Shown piece by piece: positions 21,996 to 35,884 of a stretch of 64,000 nucleotides of DNA. Under the pieces are notes generated by a model. The model had not been told where the DNA came from and ran no database searches. It worked only from the letters and a program-made list of their open reading frames with translations. Location of the stretch: positions 1,240,001 to 1,304,000 of the forward strand of contig CM121341.1 of NCBI GenBank assembly GCA_051530055.1. The letters run 5' to 3'. Position numbers and translations under genes: made by a program. Within the stretch, counting starts at the first letter, position 1; each line of letters begins with the position of its first letter. This DNA is from Neoechinorhynchus agilis (Eukaryota > Animalia > Acanthocephala).

Positions 21996-23349
21996 CTCCG
22001 GCGCGCCAAAAGAGATGACTTTTCTATTTGTTACTCTATCAAAAGTCGATCTCCACTTAGGAGATCCTTCAGATAAAGAGTTGTTCTCCAATTCCTTTAA
22101 AAGAGCGATCGTATACTCTTATTTTTTCAGCGTCATTCCAGAACTGATTATTCAGCAGCGAATTCTTAATTCCCGGTTACTGCTGTACGAAATCTTTAGT
22201 ACTGTCTTTGAAATCTCGATTCATAAAATAGTGCCGAAATCCAAGTAGAGGTTAAAAGGTTTTTCAAAACAGTTTTGCTTTGTTCCTAAATTAGTTTTGT
22301 TGAAACGATTAAAACGCTAACTACCGATTGTCGTTAGCAAATTGTTCTCTAGAAATCCTAATATCGTATAATTGGCGCTATTAAGGTTGTGTATGAGTTC
22401 GAGTCTAAGCATTAAAAGTTTTTAAAATATTGAATATTTGAGATTGCTTTCGAGCATATGAATCGAAATAATGATTTAAGGTTACTGTTTTGGCTAGTGT
22501 TTATTCTTTAAAAATTAACCTAAGAATGAAACCGAATACGATAATTCGCCATATCAATTAGTTTCACTTGTCTGAATAGCTGTAATCATCTCTCTCGCTG
22601 CGCTGATGAATCCTGCTGATTTGTAGAATAGAAGCAGCGGTTGAATAGTTGCACTTATCTCTCTTGCCTTCAATTGGCTTAAATGAAAAAGAAGAAAGTG
22701 TGGTGGTGGTGACTGAAGTTTCTTACATTTATGCGAAAAATTAGAAACTGCACTCCTAAAAGTGAAATCATTAACACCGGATAAATTATCTTTGAAACGA
22801 TTTTAAAATTTATACCCTTTCCTTTTAAATTCAGTCTAATAATTAGGAAGTTGAGGATCTATGTGATTTTGAAGAACGAGCGTTATTCGTTTCATAGAAC
22901 TGATATCTTCCATTACAAAAGGTGTTCTTATCTCGAGTTTCAAAACATTGATTTTCTATTGTACGAGCACGCATCTAAAAAATGAATCGGCCACAAAAGT
23001 CAATCGATCTCCGTCCTAAACAACACCGTGAAATCAATAGACTTTTGTTGGGTTGCTCTTGACTATATATAGTCGATCCACTTGTATTCTCTCGAAATCT
23101 CGTTCATTTGACTCATCGTCCATCAAAAAATGGGTTCTCATTGCTGTCGACCTCATCGTCGAGTTTGCTTTCCACTTCTACCGGTAATTCCGATTCCTGG
23201 AAACCCAAACATGGTCCTCTGCCCAAGGGACTACATCATTGGAGGTAGAAGTTACGGAGGAGGATTTTGCCGCGGTTGCTAGCTCTCTTTTTTCGCTCAT
23301 TTGACGCGAAAAATAAATCTTAGTTTTTAATTCAATTTAAAAAATACAG

Positions 23350-24460
23350 CAAATTTTAAATACGTACTTGGGTTTATAGTAAGTACATCTACAAAGAAAC
23401 ATTTTCAGCGGATATTTCACTTTTCATTCTAAAGAATTACTTAGGTTTATAGTACTTTGGTCTACAAAGAATCTTTTTAAAATTAGGCAACGAACATCTC
23501 ACGTTTTGTTTTTAAGTTTTACATGGGATTGTAGTATTTTCGTCTACAAAGAATCTATTTAAAATTAGCAACGGACATTTGCGGTCTTTTAAAGATTTAC
23601 TTCGTTTTATAGTATCTTCGACTACAAAGAATTTTTTAATCTTACGCGGCGGACATTTAACTTTTCATTTTGAAGAATTATTTATGTCTATAGTATTTTC
23701 CTCTACAAAGAATTTTTTTAAGCTTACGCAGCAGACACTTCACTACTCGCTCTAAAGTATTACCAAGGTTTAACGTACTTTCGTTTATAAGGAATCCCTT
23801 TTAAAATTACACAACGGACATTTCTGGTTTTATTTCTAAGATTTACCTTGGTTTATAGTATTTTTGCAAACAAATATATTTTAAAACTTACACAGCGGAT
23901 ATTTCACTTTTCATTCTAAAGAGTTACTTATGTTTATGGCATTTTGGTCTACAAAAAATCTTTTAAAAATTACGCAACGGATATTTCACGTTTTATTTTA
24001 AAGATTTACTTGGGTTAACAGTATTTTCGTCTACAAAGAATCTCTTTTAAACTTACGCAACGGGCATTTCACTTTTCATTTTTAAGATTAACTGGGGCCT
24101 ACAGAAATTTCGTCTACAAAGAATCATTTCAAAACTTGCTCAGAGGACATTATACCTTTCATTTTATAGATTTACTGGGGTTTATAGTATTTTCGTTTAC
24201 AATGAGTATTTTTAAACTTACGACGCGGACATTTCACTTTTAATTTTAAGGATTTCCTTGGGTTTATGGCATTATCGTACGGACATTTCAGGTTTTATTT
24301 TGAAGATTGACTTAGGTTTAAAGCATGTTCAGCCACACAGAGTCTTTTTAAGTTATGCAACGGACATTTAAGGTTTTATTTTAAAGATTAACTAAGGTTT
24401 AAAGCATGTTCAACAGCAAAGAGTCTTTGCAAATTACGCAACAAACATTTCACGTTTACT
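23350..24460 (+). repeat. ~82-bp AT-rich minisatellite, about 13 diverged copies
   Basis: The recurrent unit is ACTTGGGTTTATAGTATTTTCGTCTACAAAGAATC..TTACGCAACGGACATTTCACTTTTCATTTTAAAGATT, with a measured spacing of 78-83 bp. Confidence 0.9.
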
Positions 24461-24569
24461 TTTTTCTTTTATTTATTTTTGGACCAATATTTCGGAGTTT
24501 TACTTGAAATTAAACCTTTCACCCCTTCAGTAGTCGATTTAATCAACGGAAACAAGAAAGACTAACTTC

Positions 24570-24930
24570 TCGACCTGGGCGTCGTCAAATGTCGCGTTGA
24601 ACGAGGTGAAAACTGGCCAGTGGTCAACTACGACCAAGCAATGGTATTATCAAGTGAACATAATAACTTTCAGCGCTTAATTAAGGAAGCCTTCTTAATC
24701 AAAGAACTGAAAACGAATAGGAATGAACAACGAGATTACAAACTCGGTCTTCACAGCTAATAAATGAAACAAAACAATCAAACATTAGCGCGTGCGAGAG
24801 CAGAATAACCATTTAACCACTTGTATTTTAGAACTGATGATGAGCACGAAGAGATTCGAAACCTTTTCAATCAAACATTATTCACGGGTTGAAGACTTCT
24901 AAACAATAATTCGAACTACATTCGGTTCTT
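24570..24930 (+). mobile_element. Penelope-like element 3' end (GIY-YIG C-terminus plus pseudo-LTR)
   Basis: It translates VNYDQAMVLSSEHNNFQRLIKEAFLIK. The 3' UTR carries CTGATGATGAGCACGAAGAGATTCGAAAC. Confidence 0.75.
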
Positions 24931-25659
24931 AAATAAATATGTAAATTTTTTATCAAGCTAAATGTGTTCTGTGATGAACTTCTTTAAACGTAAAAATCTA
25001 AAGAACAACAAAAAGGTGCATATTCTTTTTTGATAATCCTCGTTGACGTTTGTCGGAAAATGGGAGTTGAAAAAGGTCTGGATTTCACAATGTATTTCAA
25101 GAGTAGAAATTTATATTAATGACTTTACACACTTCCTTAAGAACGTTTATATTTTAAGAAAAGTGTGTCTTCCTAGAAATTTTGGTTGATCGCCATCCAA
25201 CAAATAATCTCATCCTTTATTCAATTTGAGATCAAGACGTTTTGCGAGGCTATCGGAAATGAAGGATCATCTATTAAAGAAGAAAATTAATTCACTGTAG
25301 GATTGAAATCCATCAGAATATTGTGCATAGTCCGCAAAGATTAAAAAAATTCGGTTAATTTAAATGTTATTTATGATTGGAAAGTTATCTCGGTTTAAAA
25401 TCGTTATAAATTTTTAATATTATGGTTGTTTAATGAGATCAAATCTTCTGCTACATTCCTCTATTAACTGCTTTAGACTTCCAAAGGATCGATCGCCAAT
25501 GATGCGATTATCAAAAATCAAGCGTTTTGCAGTCAATCGCTTCACAGGCGACACTTCCAATAGTTCGTCACTTATTTCTATAATACGGATTTCTGCAGAA
25601 TAGTCTTCACTTTGCTTGATTTTCAAGTCAGAATTAAATCTAATATTATGAGATTTTGC

Positions 25660-26010
25660 CATCTTGAAGGCCCTGCCTTTCAAGACCAGAGGTAGTTTGC
25701 TATCACACAAAATCCCAATTAGACTTTTCCAATTCATCCATCCGCTATTTATTCTCGATGAAATCTCGGCGATATCGTTTTGCATCGACACTATAGAGCC
25801 GAGGTACTTGAATTTGTCGAATTTATGCAGCTGTCTCGTGAAGGGAAATGCCTTCAGTTCCCACGTAGACTGATTTCTCCCTGGATATTTTTAGACCTTG
25901 CCTTCCCAAAGCTTCCCCCATTTCTCCATATCATTGTTTAGATCCTCTGAATTATAGCTGGAGAGGACCATGTCGTCGGCAAAAAGCATGTTCCATGGCG
26001 GACCTTCTAA
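25660..26010 (-). mobile_element. RTE-clade LINE RT fragment
   Basis: PWNMLFADDMVL, KFKYLGS and RINSGWMNWKSLIGILCDSKLPLVLKG are present, with frameshifts. Confidence 0.8.
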
Positions 26011-26291
26011 TAGATTGTAAATAGTATTTCGGTTTTCTAATTTCAGCAGTGTAGTATACCTGATCGATATTATTGGAGAATAAATGCACTGTTTGAACAT
26101 CCAAAGCTACTTGCGAATTTTGTAAAGGCGAGCAACTGTCAGAATTATTTATAGCCAAACCGGAGCTCACCAACTTCTTTGACAAAAAATTGCTCTTCCT
26201 AAATCAACGAGCGCAACAACCCTGTAAATCGCAAAAAATACGCAATACAATTTATTCTGTTTGGGGATCAAGGGGTGAGGCGTTGATTGCA

Positions 26292-28348
26292 TTATTCCCG
26301 TTTTTTTGATTCTGCACTTTGATCATCACCTCGCTCTTGCGACTCCCTAGCCAATCGAAGACTCGCTTGAATCGTTGCTGTAGATTTGCGGTTTTCCAAA
26401 TAATCCGTTTTAATTGATGACGCTTCGAGGGTAAATGTTGTTTGATGATCAGTAAAATGTTCAGTTTTATCCTCCTCGGCTCGCATAACCCCTATAAAAT
26501 GTGCAACTGGTGCGGCGAAAGATGAACCAGCTAAAGGATTCGTTATGGATCCAGACGCCGTGGTTTGTTCAAGTTGAAAACATCGTTGGCAGTAATATAA
26601 ATTACCGCGACGATACCGGAGTGGTTTTGTGATTTTCTTGCACCGACAACAAAATAGACGTTGGTTTAAGTGCTTGAACCTGGAATCGTTAGGATTCCGA
26701 CGTTCTTGCTTATCTGACTTCGTTACTGCCTTTTCCGTTACAGCGATTGGCGCATTCACAGTTTCGGATTTGTCAATTTGTCGACCGATGCTGCTTGCCG
26801 CACTTTGATTAACCGGGTTTTTAAATTTCATACAAGTCTCGCATTGACACAATCCATCAGAATCATACATCGATGAGCTTTCAGCGATTCCAGGTTCTGG
26901 TACAATTGAAACAAATTCGAATTCCGGATTTCGCGCTGGAGTATCATGCGCTTGTTCGTTTTGAAATGTTTGAACATAATTTGTTTGAACGTTTTCCGAT
27001 GGACGCTTTGATCCAGGAACGATAGTTCCAATGCACGTTTCGCAGAATTTAAATCGCCCGTAGCTGTACCACTGAGTGCTCTCATTCGCGGAACATTTTG
27101 AGCAAGACGATTCATTGCAGCGGCGATGTGGATTATGGGATCCGTGAAGACTGCCAGTCGAAGGAACATGATGTTGCGAACTCTTTATTGCAGGACTTTC
27201 GTTTGAAATTATTTCTTGAACATCACTGAACATCGGTTTCATAGCGTGTGTTGGCGCATGAACAATATTTGGATTTAAAGCATTCGTTTGCGCTGCTCCC
27301 CAAGAAGCACTTGTTTGTCGCCCAGCTGCAACTTGAATGTTTGCCAATTGTGCCATAACTGAGAATGTACACAAATCTATGCATTTTTGGCAAATCCAGA
27401 ATTCCCCGAACTTTTGCCACCTCGAACTTTTGTTTATCTTACACATAACACAGATTTTGTCATCGCGAGAATTCTGTTGCTGTGCGCGATCGGCATTTAC
27501 GGTATTGCTACTGTTTCGGTTTGGTAGATCTGCCGATGAACGTTGATGTTTATTTAAGTCCTGGGTTTGTTTTTCACGCGACCTTACAAAGACCTTTCTG
27601 GCCATTTGAGGTGCACAATTCTTGCACAAAAGGAGATTATAACAGCGATACCAAGAAGAACTTTTCGTTCTATAGCATCTCTGACAGCTAATTTTCTCAT
27701 CGGTTTGCTGTCGATACTTTGAAGAACTATGACAAGCCGATATGTTTTCGGTGTTTGCATTTCGATCGCGATTATCACCATTTCTTTTATTTGAATCGCG
27801 TTATTGTAATTTGTAGCTTCCCTTCGAATCATGTTGTCAAACTGTTTTACAAGCCGGGATTGTTCACTGTATCCTGATGGTTGTTCAATTCTGGGCACAT
27901 TTCGTCCAATTAATCCTTGAGCGTTTTGCGTCGCCGTAGAAGCTGTTCTTTGATTATTGTTTTGAGCATTGTCCGAAGATCGATTCACAAAATCAAATAA
28001 CACTGGAAATGAAGCAGCGATTATTGGAGCGACTGATCTCATGCTGGCAGTAAGCTCGTTCATCAAGTTCGCTTGTGGAGTTGGAACACTGGCAGGAAAA
28101 TGGTTTGTAATTCTCGGTGAATCATTGCGCAGACCAAGAAGATCGGCAAATTCATTTTGATTTGCTGGTTGATTGATTCGACTATCACTTGAATCCCTCG
28201 CTCCCATTTGTAGCCCTGATCTTCCGGTGACACGAGAACTCGCCGGTATGGGAACGTTTGAAGGATCGACTCCGGAGCCTGGATTTTGTAGCAGGTTTTC
28301 CACTCGGTCAAGGAGGCATCGAAGAATGTCATATACTGCGGTATCCAT
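26292..28348 (-). pseudogene. Multi-zinc-finger gene, copy A, frameshifted by a 199-bp deletion
   Basis: ORFs 27584-28348 and 26292-27629 join through an unlisted frame (GDNRDRN..CQRCYRTKSSSWYRCYNLLLCKNC). Four C-X2-C-X16-C-X2-C fingers are present. The deletion junction is at 27797/27798 relative to copy C. Confidence 0.75.
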
Positions 28349-29074
28349 TGGTGAAACTAAATGTTTGGTTTAATGAATGGAATTCGGAAATTTTATAAAA
28401 GTGTCGCGTTCTATCTTGACTAAGACGAATGATCCGGGATTTTTCAGAGCGCATATATATACCTATGGCTTAGAAACAATGATTTGACGAATGAGCTTGT
28501 TTTGTACACATCGCTAATACAGTTTCGTGGGAGCTCCTTGGTTGTGTTTTCCACAATGTTTTCTCCCTTTAGAATATGCAAGTGTTAATCTTTTTGTCTG
28601 TCACGACTTTGTAATCAGCAAATGTTTTGCAAAACAAAAACTAATAATATTGTAAATTAACGGGCGTTAAAGAGCATAAAAAGTTTGAACTTTTGAAGGC
28701 CGGTTATGTTCGTTTAGGAAATTAAAATACTACCTTTTTAACAGCTTGTTTTCTAGCTAACAACCTTCTGTAATGAAAAATATTATTTGCTTTGGACGTT
28801 AGCCTTGTGAAATACTACTTGATTTTCCAGCCGCATTATTCATAAAACAAAATTGTGCTTTTAAAAAGACATGCAAATTTTTTTTGATCGGAACAGTATT
28901 CGAAAATAAAAATTTTAGCGCAATTGTAAATTTCCTTTAGTTGTTTTTTACCATAGGATCACTGCAAAGCGAAAAACCCGATTTTGTACCGTGCTATTCG
29001 GTTTTTTGTATGACAAACTTTTGTGTATTTGACTCTGAATGTCAATGTTACTGAACGATTTTTCTAACTATTTT

Positions 29075-29226
<152 letters not shown>

Positions 29227-31202
29227 ATATAAACTTGTTATATTTGCCTTACTTGCAAAGTTAAGGATTAAGGCGCAACGCAAGGAACAATCGAATTTTT
29301 TTTCTTTGAATAAATTACATAGCAGAAAGTTAACTATTAAAATTTAATTATCAGTGCTTGCAACGCTTATTTGATCTCATTGGCGGCCGCGAAGTATTTT
29401 ATGCTTCATGCGCCAATAATATTTCTACTAAAATTTCAAATGAGTGTGGTTTCAGTAAGCGAAAATACAAAACGTTTATACTATTTTGAGGCCATGTGAA
29501 ACTCAATAAAATTAAATAAATAGCTAATGCGAAGCCGTAATACTTTCCTACTGGCTGAATTGTATAATTGTGTTAATCAAATTGATCGAACGATTCGTTT
29601 TTCTAGGAAAATGGTTTCAAATCAAATCCGTTCGACACAATTTCTATTTTATTTTTGTTTCATGCCTTTCTAGGTTTAATGAGAGTTACCATGCACACCT
29701 TAAAACTAATTGTAACCAAAGCCAACAATATAATTGCACGAATGATGCTTTTTGGCACCAATTTTCATGCTAAAATGTTTTGTGAGAATATTGCGACATT
29801 ATTTCTTAAATAGTGTCTTGGAAGTTCATTTTATGGAAACACGATATTACGAACATAATTTATGCATTGAGTTTTCCTGTATCTCTTCTGAATTTAATGG
29901 AGAATCTATTATTTAATATTTGGAATTATGCACAACTTTAATTTGAATGCTTGACGCTTGCAAGTTCTACTTTAGCAACATCTCAAGGATTAAAATATGT
30001 TTACAGTTATGTTAGATTAATGAAGCATTCTTAAAAACAATATTTTTAGAACATAAGCTAGCAAGCTAAGGATTCAAACAATCTGACGGAAAATTGAAAG
30101 CAGTTAAAAATTCATTGTCAGCTAAGATTAAAATGATACGATAAATTAATAAAATAAAAATGCGATGTAAATTATGCTTTGTTTTAACATATAAGAATCT
30201 CCAGTGTTGGCCAAAAGGGTCGTAAATTCCGCAGTCATTGCTCTTTATTTCGAAAGTGATTAGGGTTCTCAATCGTTTTAGTATTAAAGTATGACGAAAT
30301 TTTTAACCGGTTAGGTGAAAAAAATTATTATAAGAGAAACAAATTTTACTGATTTTGTAATAAAACGCTTATTTGCAATGGAGTATAAACATAAATATGT
30401 AAGAAATTTGGGAATGTTCGCTCAATTTCATTTCTTGTGATACGTTCATCAAAATTATATTCGTAGCATTTGAACAATTTTATATTGTTCAAGGGCAAAG
30501 TGTTTGCAAAAACACTTTCTGTTCCCGAAGAAAAAGAAACCATGAACCATAAAGATGACCTTTTAAGTTCATGCATCGAAAATCTAGTGCAAAGCGTCCT
30601 GCTGATAATAAATTATAGGACCTATTTTGTGCAAAACTTATCTTCTTATTTTCGTTTACGAAGTCGTTAAATACAAATTTAGAAAACATTAAGGTAAAAT
30701 GTCAAATTTGCGTACGAAGACTTGTGATAGGAACTCTTTTAGGCCAATCAATAACCTCATCTTTTAATACATTCTACGTAGCTCGTTTCGCGAAGAACTA
30801 CTAATAAAGACCATCGAGAGAATTTTTGTTAACGCGAAATAGTGATTGCGGTTTTTTTTGCATAAAATTTAAAAAAACCATTACAACGGAATTTTCTGAA
30901 TTCCAATGAAGCTACGCAGCAATTACGGTCTCACATTTCAAAAAAATAAATTCTATATTTCGGTCAATGGCACAAAACAATGTTGGCATAAAATCGATAT
31001 CGGAAATAAAAGCATCCAAGTTTACAACTAAAAATCATGTATTTATACTGGCAAGCATGAATGTAATAACAAGAACGGCGATATTCGAGCGACCAATTTT
31101 AGCTTGAATTATCGCATTGTAACTTTTTTACATCCTTGTTTTTGAGACGATTTTTATATCTTTAAAATCGATCGAAACGGGTTTAGTTGATGAATTGATC
31201 GT

Positions 31203-31397
31203 TTACTTTTTGGTCATTTTGTATTCGTTTCGTGCATTTGCTTTGCTATGAATTTCGAGATTTAAGTATATAACCTCAATCATGTCACACTCATCGCAAC
31301 GATATCGACTGTTGGTCACCGCCCGTAGCGGATTATCGCAAATGAAACAGACTGCGTTTACTAAATATTCTTGAAAGTCGCGGACATGAGGAATCAT
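31203..31397 (-). CDS. Small putative Cys4 zinc-ribbon protein (64 aa)
   Basis: The ATG-initiated ORF contains CFIC-X13-CDEC. Confidence 0.35.
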   Translation of the reverse strand: MIPHVRDFQEYLVNAVCFICDNPLRAVTNSRYRCDECDMIEVIYLNLEIHSKANARNEYKMTKK

Positions 31398-32175
31398 TGT
31401 TTATTAAAGTTTACCGAGCGTATTTCATTGAAACTGTGAATAGCAGTCGAAATGCACTGATGCGGTAACCGAAACAAATGATCAAATCAAAATATAAATT
31501 ATTGAAATCTTGAAACAATCGCCGCCGAGGAACGCAAAAGTACAAAATGCAACGACCTGAGTCTCCTTTTGGCGTCGAAACACTCGGATCGTTGTATATA
31601 ACGGCGCAGAATCTGGTCAATCAATTGCCCAAGAAATTGAGACGAATCACTTCGATGGCTGAACTGCAACGGGGATGGGAGCGCTGTATCCGGCCTTTCG
31701 GCCACTACACCTGGACGGCAGTTGAGTGATCCAGAGCGATGGTGTGGATGTTTTTAAACTCTTTTTGTTGAAAAACCTTTTAAAAAATTTAAATTTTTTT
31801 AAACACGTTCGCTGATTGATTTACAGCAAATTTTGGGTACAAGGTGATAATTTCATTTGCTAGCGCTTTGATTCGATAATTATCCACTTGATTTCCATGT
31901 TAAAACTGCTCATTTTTTATACAGAAAGGTGAAATAAGATTTGCTGCAATAAAAGAGCGCATTTTTATTTTATTAATTTATCGTAACTTTTTTAATCTTC
32001 GCTGACATAAAGAATTTTTAATTGCCTTTAATTTTTCCAGATTGTTCGTCAAATTCTATTAACAACGATTAAAATTTGTGTTTGGAATTAAGTTGTAAAT
32101 CATATCTTTTATTACCTGAAGTGGATGTATAATCTTAGAAGCGTTGAAAGTCAAATTAATCTTTTGTTTGTTTAG

Positions 32176-32454
32176 ATGCTGTCGAATTCAGAACAGCAAC
32201 AAAAGCGCCAATTACATTTGAGACTGCAACAACTGAAAGATCAACGTCGTTCCATAACAGAATCAACGAAGAACTATTTAAGAAATGATTCAATAATGTC
32301 TAAAAACATTTTAGCATCCCGAAAAGCGGTGCCAAGAAGCACCAATTGGAAATTGATTATTGGTGCAATTGTATTGTCGGTTTTGATTATCATTAGTTTT
32401 ATGGTGTGCATCGTAACTCGCTCATTAGACAAGAAAGGCATGAAACAAAAATAA
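32176..32454 (+). CDS. Small coiled-coil protein with C-terminal TM helix (tail-anchored-like; may be the last exon of a longer gene)
   Basis: A Q/L/R-rich heptad region is followed by WKLIIGAIVLSVLIIISFMVCIV and a basic tail. The ORF is preceded by TTTGTTTAG. Degraded paralogs lie in copies A and C. Confidence 0.5.
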   Translation: MLSNSEQQQKRQLHLRLQQLKDQRRSITESTKNYLRNDSIMSKNILASRKAVPRSTNWKLIIGAIVLSVLIIISFMVCIVTRSLDKKGMKQK

Positions 32455-35400
32455 AATGAAAATTGTCTCGAACGGATTTTATTTGAAACTACCTTTCCTA
32501 GAAAAACGAAAGTTCGATCGGCTTCGATTAGCACAATTATACAATTGGTCAGTAGTTTATTACGGCTTCGCATTAGCCAAAACAGTATAAACTATTTTGT
32601 ATTTTCGTTACTGAAACTACACTCATTTGAAATTTAGTAGAAATATTATTGGCGCATGAAGCATAAAATACTTTACGGCCGCCAAGATCAAAGAGATGAC
32701 AATTAAATTTTAATAGTTAACTTTCTGCTATGTAATTTATTCAAAGAAAAACGATTGTTCCTTCCGTTGCGCCTTAATCCTTAATTTTTAAAATATAAGG
32801 CAAGCGAGTACATACATGGCACGAAAAATAGTTAGAAAAATCGTTCAGTAATATTGAAATTTTGATCAAATACACAAAAGTTTGTCGTACAAAAAACCGA
32901 AAAAGCACGCATTAAATCGGGTTTTTGCGCTTTACAGTGAATCTCATGGTAAAACAAACACTTGTACTAAATTTGAAGGAAATTTACAATTGCGCTAAAA
33001 AATTTATTTTCGAATACTGTTTCCGATCGAAAAATATTTGCATGTCTTTTTAAAAAACAAACAATATTTTTATGAATAATGCGGCTGGAAAATCAAGTAG
33101 TATTTCACAAGGCTAACGTCCAAAGCAAATAATATTTTGTATTTCAGAACGTTGTGAGCTGAAAACAAGCTGTTCAAAAGGTAGTATTTTAATTTCCTAA
33201 ACGAACATAACCGGCCTTCAAAAGTTCAAACTTTTTATGTTCTTTTACGCCCGTTAATTTACAATATTATTAGTTTTTGTTTTGCAAAACATTTGCTGAT
33301 TACAAAGTCGTGACACACAAAAAGATTAACACTTGCATATTCTAAAGGAAGAAAACATTGTGGAAAACACAACCAAGAAGCTCCCATGAAACTGTATTAG
33401 CGATGTGTACAAAACAAGCTCATTCGTCAAATCATTGTTTCTAAGCCATAGGTATATATATGCGCTCTGAAAAATCCCGGATCATTCGTCTTAGTCAAGA
33501 TAGAACGCGACACTTTTATAAAATTTCCGAATTCTTCCCTTCATTAAACCAAACATTTAGTTTCACCAATGGATACCGCAGTATATGACATTCTTCGATG
33601 CCTCCTTGACCGAGTGGAAAACCTGCTACAAAATCCAGGCTCCGAGTTGAGTCGATCCTTCAAACGTTCTTCTTTGTGGCACCATACCGGCGAGTTCTCA
33701 TGTCCCCTTTCACAGCCGGAGATCAGGCAACAAATTCGGAGCGAGGGATTCAAGTGATAGTCGATGCTCAATCCACCAGCAAATCAAAATGAATTTGGTC
33801 CGATCTTCAACATCAACGTTCATCGCGCAATGATTCACCGAGAATTACAAACCAGAATTCTCACGATGCCAGTGTTCCAACTCCACAAGTTCGAAATGTG
33901 GATGAACGAGCTTAATGCATGGATTTGTGTACATTCTCAGTTATGGCACAATTGGCAAACATTCATCAGTTGCTCCAATTCTTTGGGAATCGCAAACGAA
34001 TGCTTCAAATCAAAATATTGCTCAAGCACCAACACAAGCGACGAATCCTACGTTCAGTGATGCTCCAGCATTAACTTCAAATGAAAATCCTGCACCAGAG
34101 AGTTCGCAACATCATCATTCCACCAGCAATCGACGTTGCGATTACTGTGGAACAAATCAAAGCTCAAGCTGGTACACTTATGGACATCTGAGTATATGCC
34201 AAGAATGCATTGGATCCGTCGTTCCTTCGAATGAAAATCTTCAAGAATCGTATGATCCACATCGCCGCTGCAATGATTCGTCTTGCTCAAAATGTTCAGC
34301 GAAAGAGAGCACCGAATGGTACAGCTATGGACAATTTAAATTCTGCCAAAAGTGCATTGGTACTATCATTCCTGGATCCAAGCTTCCACCGGAAAACGTT
34401 CAATCAACTGATGTTCAAACATTGCAAAACGAACCAGCTCGTGAAACTCCGGCGAGAAATCCTGAAAACGAATTTGTCGGTAATACCGAAACCCAGCAGG
34501 CGAATGATGAGTTAAGCTGCCATCTTTGCGCTGAGAATATCACCGAAGGAACACCTTTGCATCCTGGGACTGAAATATGCGAAATTTGCTACAGTTTGCC
34601 CGCAAAAGCAATCGAGGAATCGTTGAATACTGCCCCAATTGCGGAAACATCCCCGAAACAATCTCAAGTTGAGCCGCCACATCCAGCAAATGATTCCCGT
34701 TTAAACCAATTGATCGAAATGGTGCACAGTGGATCAATTGTACCAGAACCCGGAATCGCCGAAAGCTCATCGATGTATGATTCTGATGGATTGTGTCAAT
34801 GCGAGACTTGTAGGAAATTTAAAAACGAGACCAATCAAAGTGCGGCCAGCAGCATCGGTCGACAAATTGACAAATCCGAAACTGTGAATCCGCCAATCGC
34901 TGTAAAGGAAAAGGCAGTAACCAAGTCAGATAAGCAAGAACGTCGGAATCCTAACGATTCCAGGTTCAAGCACTTAAACAAGCGTCGATTTTGTTGTCGG
35001 TGCAAAAAAATTACAAAAACACTCCGGAATCGTCGCGGCTATTTATATTACTGCCAACGATGTTTTGAACTTGAACAAACCACGGCGTCTGGATCGATAA
35101 CGAATCCTTTAGCTGGTTCATCTTTCACCGCACCAGTTTCACAATTTATAGCTGTAACGCGAGCCGAGGAAGATAACATTGAACGTTTTAGTGATCATCA
35201 ATCAGCATTTAGCCTCGAAGCGCCATCAATCAAAACGGATGATTTGGAAAACCGTAAATCTACAGCAACGATTCAAGCGAGTGATCGATTGGCTAGGGAA
35301 TCGCAAGAACGAGATGATAATAAAAGTGCAGAATCCAAAAAACCGGAATAATACAATCAACACTTCATCCCTTGATCCCCAAACAAAATGAATTGTATTG

Positions 35401-35690
35401 AATTTTATTGAAAAAAACATCGATTCTCTATAATCTCATTGATATTTATTTGCGATTTACAAGATCGTTGCGCTTTTTGTTTCAAGAAGAGCGATTTTTT
35501 AGCGATGAAAAGCTCCGGTTGGGCTACAAATAATTCTGACAGCTGCTCATCTTCACAGAATTCACAAGTAGCTTTAAATGCTCAAACAATGCACTTATTC
35601 TCCAATAATATCGATTGGGCATACTACACTGCTGAAATTAAGAAACCGGAATTATTTTTGAAATCCATTCGCACGTTATTTTTGTATAGG
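32270..35690 (+). repeat. Segmental duplicate B
   Basis: It aligns with ~54320-55990 of copy C and, inverted, with copy A. It is more diverged than the A/C pair. Confidence 0.88.
33569..35351 (+). pseudogene. Multi-zinc-finger gene, copy B; 5' part frameshifted and internally deleted, 3' ORF of 478 codons open
   Basis: The MDTAVYDILRC start decays by indels. A deletion fuses ATGAACGAGCTTA to ATGCATGGATTTG. It carries the fingers CDYC..CQEC, CSKC..CQKC, CHLC..CEIC and CCRC..CQRC, all with X16 spacing. Confidence 0.75.
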
Positions 35691-35705
35691 TCTTTGTCAC
35701 TTCAA

Positions 35706-35801
35706 TCTAGTTTTTATAATCTTATTTAAATTCCATCTCGCATTAAAACAGGGTCTAGTTTTTATAATCTTATTTAAATTCCATCTCGCATTAAAACAGG
35801 G
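35706..35801. repeat. Perfect 48-bp tandem duplication
   Basis: TCTAGTTTTTATAATCTTATTTAAATTCCATCTCGCATTAAAACAGGG occurs twice. Confidence 0.95.
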
Positions 35802-35884
35802 TTTTAAGCGAATGCTGAAACGATAACAAAGATCCGAATATAAAGGAATCAATGCTTCGATTTAATAACAATCAAATTTTAAAA

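Noticed and set aside
22015-23300. Coding-like minus-strand segments starting MSEKRELATAAK
   Set aside because: They could not be joined into a consistent frame, so they are left uncalled.
25952-26185. Conserved ORF downstream of the zinc-finger gene in A and B (35439-35729)
   Set aside because: The starts differ and differences are largely non-synonymous. The similarity is explained by the segmental duplication.
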